Assembly: GCA_016748015.1 (NCBI GenBank)
Contig: JAAOMT010000198.1
Coordinates: 108,797 to 172,796, forward strand
DNA length: 64,000 nucleotides
DNA from: Geosiphon pyriformis uo1
Lineage: Eukaryota > Fungi > Glomeromycota
Direction: 5' to 3'
The translations under genes were made by a program, and so were the position numbers. A model generated the notes under the pieces. The model saw only the letters and a list, made by a program, of their open reading frames with translations. It was not told where the DNA came from and did no database searches. Positions 36,401-51,300 of the stretch are shown piece by piece (within the stretch, counting starts at the first letter, position 1; each line of letters starts with the position of its first letter).

Positions 36401-39400
36401 GTAGTTTGATTTGGAAATTTGCTACATGCAACGTTTAGGGTATCAATGTTCCTGCGAAGCAAGCAGATGTTGTTCATTGGCATGTAAACTCGGGGAATAT
36501 GGTTTTTTTCATCACTAAGACTAAGTTGAGGTCCTCTTCTGGGCCATAAATGAAGGACAAATTTGATGGAATGCAAATATTTTCTTCTGGCTTGGATAAG
36601 GGTTTTATGGGTGCTGGGGTTGCAATTGTTATGAACATTTCTTTGGTCCATCATGTATCTAAGATGGAAGAGATTCCTGGTCGGGTTATTTCTGTTCGGC
36701 TCCTGTTTAAGGGCAAGCTCTCAGTTACTGTTTTGGGGTTGTATGCTGGTGTCTCCTCTGGGGCTAGATTTGGTCAGACTTCTGAAGTTAATTCTCTCAT
36801 TGCAAAGACAGTCAACTCCAGCAATTTTGTTATCTTGGATGGGGACTTTAATGAGAATGGATCTGGTAGAAGTGCTAGTTTCAAGTTTTGTTTGAGTTTG
36901 GGTTTGGTCAATTTATTTATTGGTCATTATTTGGCTAATTCTTATACGTGGAGCAATTCGAGAGGGGTCAAGAAAACGATTGATTACATTTTTGTTGGTA
37001 GTAATTTGTCTTCTGTTGTTGCTGGTCATCAAGTTGTCTCTGTTTCAGATTTCTTTAACACCGATCACAAGGCAGTTGTGGTTTCAGTCGGTTTGAGTGG
37101 ACTTCTAGATGTACAATTGAATAGTTTGCGCAAGCAGGTGAATAAAGATCATTGGAAGTTCAAAATCAAAAATGCTGACTGTGTTGGATGGGCTAAGTTT
37201 AAGGATTTCTCGTTAGCTAAACTTTTGTCTTTGGGTGAGGTGTTCTCTGGTGCCGAAATACATGGTAATGTGGATGCTATGTGGGCAGTTTTGGTGGGAG
37301 CTGTGGTGGATTCTGCTGATGTGACATTTTCAAGGCATTGGTTTAGTGAATTCAAGTGTTTGAGAAACAAACATTCTTCTAGATTTTTTGGTCTGGAATT
37401 GTTGGTGGCCAAGATTGTCAAGAAATTTTGCTCTGGTGACTTGTTGGGTGCTAATTGTCTTGTGAGTAAATGGTCGACTCTGGATGACGCGAAGACTTGT
37501 GCTTTCAAGGACTTGGTTGGCTCGGGTGTTAAATCTGATGTTGTTGTTAGGCATTTGTCATTGGTTCGCAGAGATTACAGGAGGTCGAAGATGTTTGAGT
37601 CAAGATTGGCTGAGGAAGCTTCGGTTAGAAAGGCGATTGAGAAGCGCATGGATAATTTCTGTTCGGATAAGGGTAGTATGATCAAGAGTGTGTTGGAAAA
37701 GCCTTTTCGCAAGGTTGTGTTGGATCACTTGATAGTTGATGATGATCTGGTTTTGTTGTCTAAAGAGATGAAGTCCAGTATGGATAAAATAATGGAGGGG
37801 TGGACGAGGAAACGCTCCGTGCAGTCAGTGCTTCCTGGTCTTTGGGCTTGTCAGTATGCACCTTTGGACCATGTTTGGAATGATGCTTTTTCGGGTGTTA
37901 TGAGTGCACGAGTTACTTTCTGTTGTTGGTGGTCTTCCTGATGGCAAGGCTGCTGGCTTGTCTGGTGTTCCTAATGAGTTGTGGAAACATGGTGGTGAGG
38001 TGGTTTTGGGGTGCCTGTTGGCACTGTTTAATAAATGTTTGTCTGTTGGTGTGGTGTTTGTTTTGTGGAAGAGGGCTTGGGTGTCAATGATTCCTAAGCC
38101 TTATGACTAGGATAGAGTTTTTACGAACACTTGGCCCATTGCTTTGATTGAGACTGCCAGGAAGATTCTTTCCAAGATTCTGTCTGATTGTATTTCAATG
38201 GCTTGTAGCAAGTTCAATGTTCTTCAGGGTGACAACTTTTCGGTACTGAAGGGTATGTCAACACAATTTCCGGTGTTTGTTGTCAGATCGGTGATTGAGG
38301 ATGCCATTGAAAAAGATAGGAAGTTATGATTGGTCTTGCAAGATATGTGGAAAGCTTACGATTTAGTTGGGTGGCATTATTTAAGAGCTAGTTTGCGGCA
38401 TGTCAAGATGTGTGAGAGGTTCATAAGATTTTTTGGTGGTATTCATGAGGATAGAGTTAATAGAGTGATAACTGACTTTGGTTTGTCTGGTGGTTATAAG
38501 GTGCATGATGGGCTGGATCAGGGTGAGGTCTTTTTACCACTTCTTTGGAGAATTTTTTACAATTCGCTTTTGTGTAAGGTTAAGAGACACAAACAATTGT
38601 GTGAGTACCAGATTAATACTAAGTTTGTTTCAAAATCTGGCAGAATTAAGAGTGGTGGTGGTTTGACATTGTATTTTTCGGCTGGTGCATTTGTTGATGA
38701 TACGATCTGGGTTGGAAATTGTCAAGCTTCTACTCAATATGCTTTGAACATTGCCAGTGAATTTTTTGTAATCAATGATATTTCTATCAATAGTGAGAAG
38801 ATGGTAGCTATTCCCATCAATTAGAGCGTTAAAGTTGCTTTACTGAACATTTGTGGTCAGCCAATTTCTATTGCCAAGAAAAGGAAAACACATTGGTATC
38901 TGGATATTTTTCTGTTAACTGAAGGGCTCTCCAAGCCAAGTGTTGCCAAGGCTTATGCGGATGTACATTTCTTTGTCAATGTTGTGCTTAGGAAGGCTAT
39001 TACAGACAAACAATTCTCCTATCTGGTGTCAGCTGTTTTGCAGCCTATTGTTAGCTATTGTATTCAGTTCAGTTTTGTCTCATCTAATGTTTGTCGCAAG
39101 TGGGATGTCTTGGTTAGAAAGGGTCTTAGGTCCAAGGCTTGTCTCCCCCATGATTTTCCTGACACTGCTTTGCATCATCCCTCATTGTATGGCCTAAAGT
39201 CTTTTGAGCAGATGCAGTCAGAAGGGAAGGTTGCTGCTTTGATGGCGTTCTCTAATGCCTTTGGTATTCTTGGGCATTTGTTTAGACATAGGTTTTTGGA
39301 CCTACAAGTTCTTGGTTGGGCTCCTTTGGATCCTTTGCAGTTTCCAGTCAGGTTGCATGTTAGTCCGGTGAACAATTTTTTGGCTGGGATGGTGAAGATT

Positions 39401-41071
39401 TTTCTGGGCAATGAGCTTGCTCTGGTGAACAACCTCCCCACTGCATTTCGTAGTCCTGGTCAGTTTCCATTGTCCTTTGTTCTTAGAAAGTCTCTGTATT
39501 TTGATTCAGTCAAATCTCTTAAATGTTTTGGTGTCACTTTTGGTAATCAGCTTTTTGATAAGAAAGGTGTTTTGTTGGATTGGAAAACTTTTCGTCATTG
39601 AAAAAAGTTGGATCCGCGTGGCCCTGTGTCTCACTGGTTCATGGTTTCTTCTGAGTTTTTGAAGGGTCAGGATTACTCGTTTTCTGGTTCTATTGGCTCT
39701 GCAGAAAAGCTTGGTTTGGACATTTTGGGGTCTGAGGAATTTTCTGCGGTAAAAGATGGAGTGCATGACATTTGGTTGGGCTTTTTTGAAGTTTTTATGA
39801 ATGGGTCTTTGAGGAATACAGGCTCTGCTGAGGTTGCTTGTGGTGCTGCTGCATACTTTCTGGTCTTGGATAAAAGCATTGGTGTCACTGTTTGTGGTCT
39901 TTTGTCATCTACTATGGCCGAGTTACAGGCTGTTGCTTTGGCTTTGGAGTGTGTTCCTTCTTCAAGTACTGTGGTGTTACGTCTTGACAGCCAGGCTGCC
40001 ATTGACGCATGTGTGTCTGAGATGTCTTTGGTTGCCCCTAATTTCCATAATCAATGCTGGCTGGAAAGGCGTCATATTTTCAATTTGGTCAGGAATAAGG
40101 ATCTTAGTATGAGTTGGGTTAAGGTAAAAGGACACTCTGGGATTCCTGGTAATGTGAAAGCTGACTTGGCTGCTGGGGCTGCCTCTGGGTCTCCCTTTTC
40201 CCTTTGTGCTGATGTGCGTGAACATTTTTTGGTTGCTGAGGGTGTCACTGTTTCTGGTAATGCCCGTCATTTTGTTAGGAATATTTTTCAATCAATTTGT
40301 TGTGCTCATTGAGAAGCTGGGCCTGGTTGTAACGTGATTCCGGATGCGATGATTGGTTGCATAAACTGGGTTGTCATGGCAAAGGTGTGGCATCCTGATT
40401 CTCATATGCTTGCTGAGTTTACTAGCCATGCATTCTCAATGCTTTGCACTTATGTTATAAAGGCTGTGCACAGGAGGTTGCCAGTGGTGGTAAGGAAGAG
40501 GTTGTATGATAAGTGCTACCCTAGTGTATTGTGTTTGTTTTGCGGTGAGATGGAGTTCTCTGACCATGCTTTTACTTGTGTTTATGAGTCTGGCGTCTAT
40601 GGTGAGATTTTGGCAGAAGCTTCTGCCCATTGGTCAGCTTTGGCTGGTGGTTCCTCTGCTTCTGCCATGTTGCGAGTTTTGTCTCAATGTTCCATTGATG
40701 TTGGGCTGTACACTTTGGTGTGCAAAGGGTTTGTGCTGGAGGAGTGGTATGAGGAGGCTTGCAGTATTTTTGAGGATAGAAAGGTGGCCACTGCTCGGAT
40801 TGTTGATTATGTCAGGTTTGTTGTTGGGTTACATCGTGCTAAAGTATGGTTGGCTAGGGCCAGCCACTGGGTGGTGATGGAGAAGGCTGGTCTGGTCTGT
40901 GACATTGGTGTTGTTTCTGGGCTCCCTTGTAGTATGTCTTCGGTTTTGTCTGATGGTGTTGTGAGATTGCTTAGTGTGGACAATTCCTTTGCTGTTAGCT
41001 TTGGTCATTAGAAGTCTTATTGTTTCTTTTCTGGTCTGGGTGGCAGTATGCGGGTAATTATAGATGTGTAG
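36397..41071 (+). pseudogene. LINE ORF2: AP endonuclease, RT, RNase H, CCHC
   Basis: ATCNV*GIN, GDFN, IDYIF, TDH; DGLDQG, FVDD; AELQA, LDSQ, KVKGHSG..GN..AD; CLFC..HAFTC. Confidence 0.92.
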
Positions 41072-44000
41072 TGTTGCCTTGTCTGGCCTGAATGGCTAGC
41101 CACATGTAGAAAGTGCGTGAGTCGCATTTAGTTTGAGTCTCTTAGTTTGGTTCTATGTACTAAATAGTGATTGGGCTACACTCATTAAATGTGTTAATAA
41201 AAAAAAAAACCAATAATAATTTGTTAAAAAACACTTTCAATAATACAGTTAGCAATTAATCTTAATTTATTTTGAAAAATATGCTGTTATTATTATTGTT
41301 TATATTAAAAAAAACTGGTTATTATAACAAAAATTTTATTCAAAATTTTATTTAAAATTACAAAAAAGTTCAATATTATAATACTAGATAAAAACAGTTA
41401 TTATTTATTAAAATTTTTAGTTTTTTTGACTATTTATAAAATAGAAATAATAATAATAGCAAAAAAATTTAATTTGTTAAATAATTTATTATTAAAATTT
41501 TTTTAAAAATAAAAACAACATTAAGATTAATTTTAATATAATTTTTAAAAAATATTTTGACTAAAAAAAACCACTAATTAAAGAAAAAAAATATTTTAAA
41601 AGTTATTAAAAATAATTTTATATTATTAATATAAAAAAAATACTTTTAAGATATTTTACTTAATTGTTTTTATAACAAATAAAATTCTTGTATTAAACTT
41701 TATTAATTATTATAAAAAAAGTAATATTTACAATTTTTTTATTTTTTGTTTTAATTGTAGTTATAAAAATTTTTTTTTGTTAATTTTAAAATATTTAATT
41801 ATAATAAACTAATAATAAATTTAAATTTAAAATAAAATAAAATTAACATTAAATTATATTAATTATATAATAGATTAAATTTTTTTATATATAATTATTA
41901 ATTGGTTTATATTTATATTAATATAAATAATTATACATAATATTAAATAATCAATTATATATAAATAATAGTTAGATTTAATTTTATTAAATAATAAAAA
42001 AAATAAAATTTTATTATTTATTTATAAATAAATTTAATTATTATTTAATATAATATAATATAAAAATATTTTATATTAAATATAATTTATATATTTTTTA
42101 CATATAATTAATTATTTAAGTTAATAAAAACTATATTATATATTTATTTTAACAGAAATATTTTTATTCAGATTAAAAAAAAAAACAATATTCTCTAAAA
42201 TTTTTATTTTTATTTTAACTTTTTAAAATACCAAATATATAAACAGTGTTTTTTAACAAAATAAAAAAAAATCACAAACTTTAAAAAAAATAAAATTATT
42301 TGTACATAATTAATTATGTTTTTTTTATTAAAAACTTTAAATTAATATTTAATAATTGATTATTATATTACAAATAAAATCAACCAATTTAACAATTTTG
42401 TTATTTTTAAAGATTAATAATACTTTAATATATTAATTTTTAAATATAAAACTTTTATATAAACCAAAATATATTATTTAAAATTTTTTTAAATGTATTT
42501 ATTTATTAAATTATATGTTTTATGCAAAATTTTTTTTAATAATATTTTTAATAATTAAATCAATAATAAAAACAAGTATATTAATTAATATGTTTTTTAA
42601 TATTAAATAATTGTTTTTTTTTTAATTTTTTTTTTAATTATATATAATTATTATACGAATTTATAATAATTTTAAAAAGTATTTTTTTAATTATTTTAAT
42701 TAATAATATGAATTTAATATTAGTTAAAAGACTATTTTTATTTATAAAATTTAAGTTTTAGTTTAAATATTTAAAATTTAAAAATTAAAGACAAATTTTA
42801 TAAATTTAATAATAAGTTATTTTATTAAAAATTTTTGATAAATTTAAAATTTTGTTATTAGATAATTATATAATTATAGTTAATTCTTTTATAATAATTA
42901 GTTTTATAATACTATAAAAAAATATTTTTATATAATTTATAATTAATATATTAAACAAAAAACTTTTTTTTTAAGTTTAATTTTTTATATTTTTATTTAT
43001 TTTTAATTTAATATTTATAAAATTAAAACTTAGTTTTTTATTATATTTAATAAAAAAGATTCAAATATTACCTAATATAATATATTAAACTAAATAATTT
43101 AAATTAGAACTAAATTTCTTATATCTAAAAAGAACAAACATAATTTGTACATGTTAAAACTTATTTTAAAAATCTTAACAATTTCTAATAGCTTAATTAT
43201 ATTATTAAATAATACAGATAATAAACTAATAGCAACTATTAATATAGTTCTATTGTGTAAAATTAGATTACTTTTTTCTATTAAAGTTTAGTGTTTAAAA
43301 CAAAAAAATTATATATTATTTTTAAAAACCAATTTAAAACTACACACAAAATTTACAATCTTACAGTTAATAATTTTAATATTTATAAAAACTAAGAAAG
43401 CTTTCTAAAACTAATTTTTAAAAATAAATCTTTTATATAAAACTGTGTACATAATAATATTAAAAAAACATGAAAAAAATAATTAAAAAACACATAAAAA
43501 TAATTTAAACTAACCAGAAAATACTTTTTAAGTAATTATATGAGTATTTAATAGCTTTTTATAAACTTTACTATTTATTTTACAAAAAAAAATATAATTT
43601 AAAAATTTAACATCTTTACAAAACAAACACACAATACTATAATAATATCTATTATATAAATACTTATATATAGTTACTAATAATCTGTAATATAAGGCTT
43701 TTATAAAATAAAAATATATTTTAATTAAAGTTTTGCTTGTAAATTCAATTAATATATGTAAATTAAAATGTTATATCTGTAATAATTTAATCTAGTCTAT
43801 ATTTTTAAGTAAACTAATCTTTAAAATCTTAGATTTAGATTTAATTTTTTAACAGATATAATAAATTGCCTAAAAAATTTTATAAACAAAATGTCTTGTA
43901 TTTTTTAAAATCACACTATTATTAGTCTTAATAAAATGTTTTTATATACAGACTGGAAGCATTACATTTAAAATTAAGACTGTATTAGCCAATAAATAAG

Positions 44001-45698
44001 TCTTTTTATTGTCTAAAACATCCAAATAGCTCTTAATTTTATGTCAATTGACATATAGATTCTTTTTTTAAACAATATTTACAATATATTAATATTCAAT
44101 TTAATAATAATTATAAAAGTTTGGTAAAATCAAATCCAATTTTAAGTTACATGTATCTAAAGTTATTTGGTTGTTAGAAAACAAATTAATTATACAAAAA
44201 AAAAAAAATTCCAAAACAAATATAATAACTTATAATTTAGCCATAGTAAAAGAATTAACTTAAACACTCTAATATCCAATTCCAAATTTACATTCTTAAA
44301 AAAAACAGTAGTGCTAATTTTTATATTAGTAGTACTTAAATTGTTTAAAGAATAATATAAATAGAAAAACAGATTATATTAGTATTAATTAGTTAGTTAT
44401 AAACCAAATCAAACTTATAAGAATTAAGAATATTTAAAAACCAAAATTTAATAATTAAAAACAAATCAATAAAGTAAAACTCTGATTTAATTAAAAATTT
44501 AACAACAAAATTAAACCAACTAAAAATAAAACTACAAAAATCCAATCTTTTCTAATATTTAAAAGTTTTTTAGTTAAAACCACTACTTTTTTTATTATGT
44601 AATTGTTTAATAAAAATAATATTAAATTGGTTAAGTAAGTAAAAAATCTTAAAGAAAACAAAACCACTTAAATTACTAACAATAAAATTTTATCTTAAAA
44701 ATAAAATACCAAATATAAAAAACATAAATCATATTAGCAAAAAAATTATTAATAAAGCTAATTTTAAAATAGACCAAAAAACATAAAAAGTAGTATAAAA
44801 ACCAGCTTAAAACTTGTAAGTTAAGAGATTGATATTCAAAAAAATAGTTTAAAATGTTATATTCATTAAAAAAACACAGCACAAAAGCTAATTTGCTTTT
44901 AGCTTGTATCTGTTCAAAAGTTTTGAAACTATACAAGAAAAAATAATAAATAACATTACTTAAAAAATCCAAAAACAAACAAAATTTCAATTTTAAGCTT
45001 TTATAAATTATAGTATTCTATTTGTTATACACACTATTAGAAATAAAGCTAAACTAAATTTTATAATAAATAATAAAATAAAGCATTGCTAAGACCAAAT
45101 ACAAAAACTGTTTATTAAAAATAGTTTTTTTAATACAAGACTAATAAAAAATTTAATGTTTAAATAAATTTTTATCAAGCTAAGCTTTAACAAATTTTTT
45201 GTTAACAGAAAATATTTAAATATCTGTAAAGTTTTTTTTTGTAATAAAAATTAGCAGATTACTAATTGACAAAAAAGAATTTATAACTTTGTAGTTAATT
45301 GGAATAATTACTGTCTTATTATTATTAATTAAGATATTATTAATCTGAAAAAATTTATTTACAATATTCAAAATATGCTAAATTACTATTTAACTATATT
45401 TTATCCAAATTATATTATTAACAAAAACACTAACAGTAAAAAATAATATCAAATTAGCTTGGGTTTTAACTTAATTACTCTTAGCAATAAATCTAAAATT
45501 AATTTTTAACTAAATACACTTTTTGTTTTTTAATTTTACACAAAAAAAGATTATAAAAGATGTGTTAAAAGAGAAATAAAAAAGTTTTATTCTAATTCAG
45601 CTTATTATAAACACAGTATTTATCTGTTAAATCAAAATTAGTTATAATTCAATTAACTTAATTATTATAAATATTACCAAAAAATTTAACAAATTTAT

Positions 45699-46594
45699 TG
45701 TTATTTATAAAAAAAGAATACAAAAAAAAAAAAATAAACAAATTATAAGAATAACCTCAATAGAAAAATAATATCTAATATATAAACATATTTTTAGAAA
45801 TATGCATATTCATAAAAAATAAGCATGTTTCTAAAAAATTATAATATATTGTTTAAGAATAAGCACAATTTTAGAAAGTAGCATAGAAAAAAGTAGAAAT
45901 ATATAAGATTTTGTATAATAAAAATTATATATATATAGTAATAGTATTAAAAATAAGAAAAAGTAATCAGATAAATTCTTAATTAGTTAACAATAAATAT
46001 TTATAACATATTTTTTTCTTTAAAAAAAAAATTTTCTATATCTTAAAGTAGAATTATTCAAATATTAAATAAAATCATTGTTTTATTATCTAATTTATGT
46101 TATTTTCTTTATTGGATTAATATTGTTATTTCCTAATTTTATTAACAACTTATGTTAATAACATTTACTATTTAACTATACTGAATCAATTATTTTTGAT
46201 TATAGCTATTAACAGAATATTAACTTTTTATTTTTTTTTTATTTTTTTTTATTTTTTTATTTTTTATTTTTTTGTTGTTTACTAATTGGTTAAAAAATTA
46301 AGTATTAAAATATTAATATCAAAAATAACTTAATAAAAAACCCATAAAACAAATATAAAAACTTAAAAATAACTTACCAGAAAGACACAACTGCCAGATT
46401 AAACTAGTTTCTATACTGAAAAAAAATTTTCAAAAAAACAACTATTAAGTAAATCTCTGTCCATTATACAAAAAATTTAACCAAAATCTTTAAATCTAAA
46501 AATCTTCAAAAATTATTATTAATATAATTAACTATTGAATACCAAGTTATAAGTTTGTTATTTATTTTAACATTTTAAATAATTATTTGTAATA
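45699..46594 (+). repeat. Old solo LTR related to family C
   Basis: TGTTA...TAATA with TSD TTAT/CTAT. The 3' half matches 26680-27123. Confidence 0.8.
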
Positions 46595-48366
46595 CTATTA
46601 TATATTTTAATTTTATTTAGACTATACTTTAAATATTTTCAATTTACAAAATTATATATCTTGTGTATATCTTACAAAACTAATTAAAGTATATGATTTT
46701 TTTAAAAACATTTTTTATTATTAATTCAATTATAAAATTAGAAAATTGTATTAATGTATTTTTTAAAACTAAAAAATTATTATCACAAAAAACATTATAT
46801 ATGTTGTATATTATAGAAATTCTATCAGAAAAATTTTTGAAAAATTTTTTTTAAGCAGTTTTAATTAAAGCAATAAGTTAAGTATTTATTAAAATAATTT
46901 TTTATTTATATAGTTTAGAAATTATTAAAATTCAGATCTTTTTCCAAGATTAAAAACAAATTTATGTATTAAACAAAAATTTAAAAGATTTAAAAGCATA
47001 TTTAATATTATTTTGTCATAATATTTTTATAATTTATTTAATATATTAAAAAGACTAACTGTTTTTTTATTAAGCAAATCTGTAATTATATTTAATAATT
47101 TACTTAAATTAATAAGACACATAACATTAAAAAAAGCATTATTAGCAATATAATCTAATAAAAAATATTGATAATACCATAGTTTGGACATTTTTTTTAA
47201 TATTTTATGCTTTTTGTCCATTTTTTTATAATAATATTTACTTTAAACATAACCAATTTAGGCTTTAATACTAATTTTTTTTTAATTACCAAATAATTTA
47301 ATACTACTTTATGAAAAAAATGCTTTGGAATATTCTAAATTATATGGTTTTTGTTTAATTAAAAACTTTTTATTCTTTTGTTAACAGCAGCTTTAATATA
47401 TACTTTTTTAATATACTGAAATTTTATTATTTTAAAAATGTAATATAACTTCTTAGTTCTTAATAGAACAGACTAAACAGTATTAAAATAAATATTTGAA
47501 TCAATAAAAACTTTTATATTAAAAGCATTGTTAATATTAAAAAAGAGCCAAAGTTTTAAAAGTAAATTAAATATGTTACTTGAAGTTAAGTAAGATATTT
47601 TAACCAATTTAGAAACCAAAATTTCAAATTTGTAAAAATAAGATAAAGATTTTGTAAAAACATTATTATAATCTTTAAATTAGAGCTTGAAAAAAATCTT
47701 ATTTGTTAAAAAATAAACTATTTTACAAACAATATTTTATATTTTATTTATGTTCAAAATTTTTTTTACAATAATTAAATTATTAACAAATATAACAAAA
47801 ATATTAAGTATTAAAACTCTAAACAAATTTTATTTTATATTATTAATATTTTTTATATTGAATTTCTATTGATTCTTATTGACTTATATGTAAAAAATTC
47901 TTAATACTGAGTTTAAAAGACTATTAAAACCAACAATAATATAAACAATATTGTAATTAGTATTGAAAAATTTATCTATATATGTAATTTTTTTGTGAAC
48001 TAATGTATTTAGCAAGTTGAACAAACAAAAATAAATTCAATAATTTTTTTAATATTTTTAGAATTTTTTAAATATAAGACTTAACAAATAAATTATTAAT
48101 TAATAAATTAATTAAACTTAAATCTATACATTTTTTAAAGCTAATATTATACTTAATACTATTTTTATTAAAATTATCTTCCAAAATAATAAAAGTACTC
48201 TTATTATATACACAAACTATAAAAGAATTAACAATAACTACTTGGTTCAAATGTTTTTTTAAAAATATATTTGTATATAATTCTAATACAGAAACTAATT
48301 ATTTGTTTTTAAACAATAATTAAATCATTAAAAGTTTTTTAAAAATTTCTGAAATTTTTAAAACAT

Positions 48367-51300
48367 TGTTATCAGAAGGTTTTCCAACTTTTCAATGCAA
48401 AAATTACAACACATACAATAAAAATTAACATCAAAATCATGTGAAAAAGGCCTATATCATTGCACTTAATCAATAAAATCAGCCGGCAATCTGGAAATAA
48501 ATAATCAGCAATTAATCTAATTACAACAAAGAAATATGGCACAATCCAACAGTTTAACTAAGTTGAATATAAAGAAATCTTGGCAAACTAAGAAACACCA
48601 ATGGAAATGAATGATTGATGCATGTAATCAGATAACAACGGGTTTTGTTATGTTCCAAAATTCTCATACATCCTTATTGGAACAATTTAACATTCCAGAT
48701 CTGCGATCAATGGTTAAAAGTAGTTATCAAGAAATATAATCAATTGATCTACTTCTGATTATGTTGATCATAATCATAATTGGTATTATTGATTTACAAT
48801 TAATGTTCTAGATTCAGCCATTTAAAATCTGATCATCTAAATTACTAGCTCTTGGATAAATAACAGGCTGAGTAAGCTCATCATGAATTGATTAATTAAA
48901 TGTATATAAATAATTAATGTATTTTAAATAGTTATAATATAGTATGTAGATCTGATGTAATTTAGCTATATATACAGCTCCTTTGTCAGCTCAAGAAAGT
49001 ATTAGTTTAATACTGAGCCAACTCTTTACTATAGTTTTATAGTAAGCAGTTAGTTTTCTCCTCTATTCTTTACACTTTCTCTTCCCTTTCTATGCTCTAA
49101 ATACTTGTTATCACAATCTTAAGTATGTCTTCCCATATTCCTTATTACCATTTGGAATCACATTGTTTATAATCTTTTACTTACTTGTTATCACCATTTT
49201 AAGTTGTTCTATTACTTTCAATCTTTCAAATCATGTGTTATCATCATTTCACATTAAGTCTTGTTTTACTGAACAAGTTGTTAAATATAAAAATAAGTAA
49301 TAAAGTAGCACATTGTTAGAGAGTGGTCTTAATAATAAAAAGTTTAAGCAAAATCTATTTCAGTTATGTTTGACTTTCATAATTTCTTTTATAATTCCTA
49401 TAACTTTATTTTCAAAGTAGGCATTTGAACACCACACCCTTTCAACAACTAATTAAAAGAATTTTGGTTATGTATTTTTTTGAGTAGTTGGTTTCACTCC
49501 TTGTTGCTGGTTGTGCTTCTAATATATATAAAGAGATGTGACTTCTCTTTTCCTCTTTTCAAATACCTAAGACTGGTTCTTGTCCAAAAACAAATAATAA
49601 TGATAATACTTTCTTTTACTTTTAATGACCTTATTACATACCTCTTTTGCTCTCCCACCTATTGAAATAGTCCATACACCCATAATATGCTATAGTCAGT
49701 AGCATAATCATGATAATGTGTGTTCCAGATGAAAGTTATTGTCATTGCTAAGAAGTTACAAATCCTGTAGCTTTTACCCAGTAACATATGGTGCCTCTTG
49801 TTGTCAGTATAGAGACAACTATGAACATTTAAATAACCTTTAGATATCTTAGAGGACTTCGATCTTCCCTAGAGAGGAAGAAAAATTTAACAATTCACAG
49901 GAGCTCATTTTTCAAAGATGGAGAAAATATTACTGAAAGATTTTCACACTTTTCAATGCAAAAATTACAACACATACAATAAAAATTAACATTAAAATCA
50001 TGCGAAAAAGGCCTATATTATTACACTTAATCAATAAAATCAGCCAGCAATCTGGAAATAAATGATTAGCAATCAATCTAATTACAACAAAAAAATATGG
50101 CACAATCCAACAGTTTAACTAAGTTGAATATAAAGAAATCTTGGCAAACTAAAAAACACCAATGGAAATGAATGATTGATGCATGTAATTAGATAACAAC
50201 AGATTTTGTTATGTTCCAAAATTTTCATATGCTCTTATTGGAACAATCTAACATTCCAGATCTGTGATCAATGATTAAAAGTAGTTACCAAGAAATATAA
50301 TCAATTGATCTACTTCTGATTATATTGATCATAATCACAATTGGTATCATTGATTTATAATTAATGTTCTAGATCCAGCCATCTAAAATCTGATTATTTA
50401 AATTACTAGCTCTTGGATAAATAACAGGCCAAATAAACTTATCATGAATTGATTAATTAAATGTATATAAATAATTGATGTATTTTAAATAGTTATAATA
50501 TAGTATGTAGATCTGATGTAATTTAGCTATATATACAGCCCTTTTGTCAGCTCAGGAAAGTATCAGTTCAATACTGAGCCAACTCTTTATTATAGTTTTA
50601 TAGTGAGCAGTTAGTCTTTTCCTCTACTCTTTATACTCTTTCTCTCCTTTCTATGCTCTAAATACTTGTCATCACAATTTCAAATATGTCTTCTCATATT
50701 TCTTATCACCATTTAGAATTACGTTGTTTATAATCTTTTACTTACTTGTTATTACCATTTTAAGTTGTTCTATTACTTCCAATCTTTCAAATTATGTGTT
50801 ATCACTATTTCACATTAAGTCTTGTTTTACCGAACAAGTTGTTAAATATAAAAATAAGTAATAAAGTATCACATTATTAGAGAGTAGTCTCAACAATAAA
50901 AAGTTTAAGCAAAATCTATTTCAGTTATATTTGACTTTCATAATTTTTTTTATAATTCCTATAACTTTGTTTTCAAAGTGGTGTTACCAGTAGAATTTTA
51001 GCTATTAATTAGCATGAAATTACCCTTATAATTTCTATAATTCATTAGTATATTAATATCATTTCAAATTATCATTTATTATTTAATTAATTATCACATA
51101 TCACGATTCAATTAAATAATCTAATTAGTATAACAAAAAGTAGGATAATCAAATTACACAATACCCTGAACTTTGTAACATTCAAAAGTTCATCGAAATT
51201 TACAAAAATTCGCCGAAATTTATAGAAATTTGCCAAAATTATGAATAGTTCACCCAAATTAATTAATAGTTTAGCAAAATAACTTGTAGTTCATCAAAAT

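Larger units (their letters stand above)
34301..41209 (+). mobile_element. Full-length non-LTR retrotransposon (LINE with RNase H)
   Basis: TSD AAAACCAATAA at 34290-34300 and 41206-41216. Poly(A) tail. Insertion at TTTTT/AAAA. Two ORFs. Confidence 0.93.

Noticed and set aside
41217-43030. Extremely AT-rich tract as a centromere, origin or organellar insert
   Set aside because: No diagnostic motif. It is more simply the end state of the repeat decay seen in neighbouring LINE relics.
48940-48990. Hammerhead ribozyme (retrozyme) in non-coding element G
   Set aside because: Only CTGATGT is present. I could not find the CTGANGA...GAAA core with flanking stems by eye.
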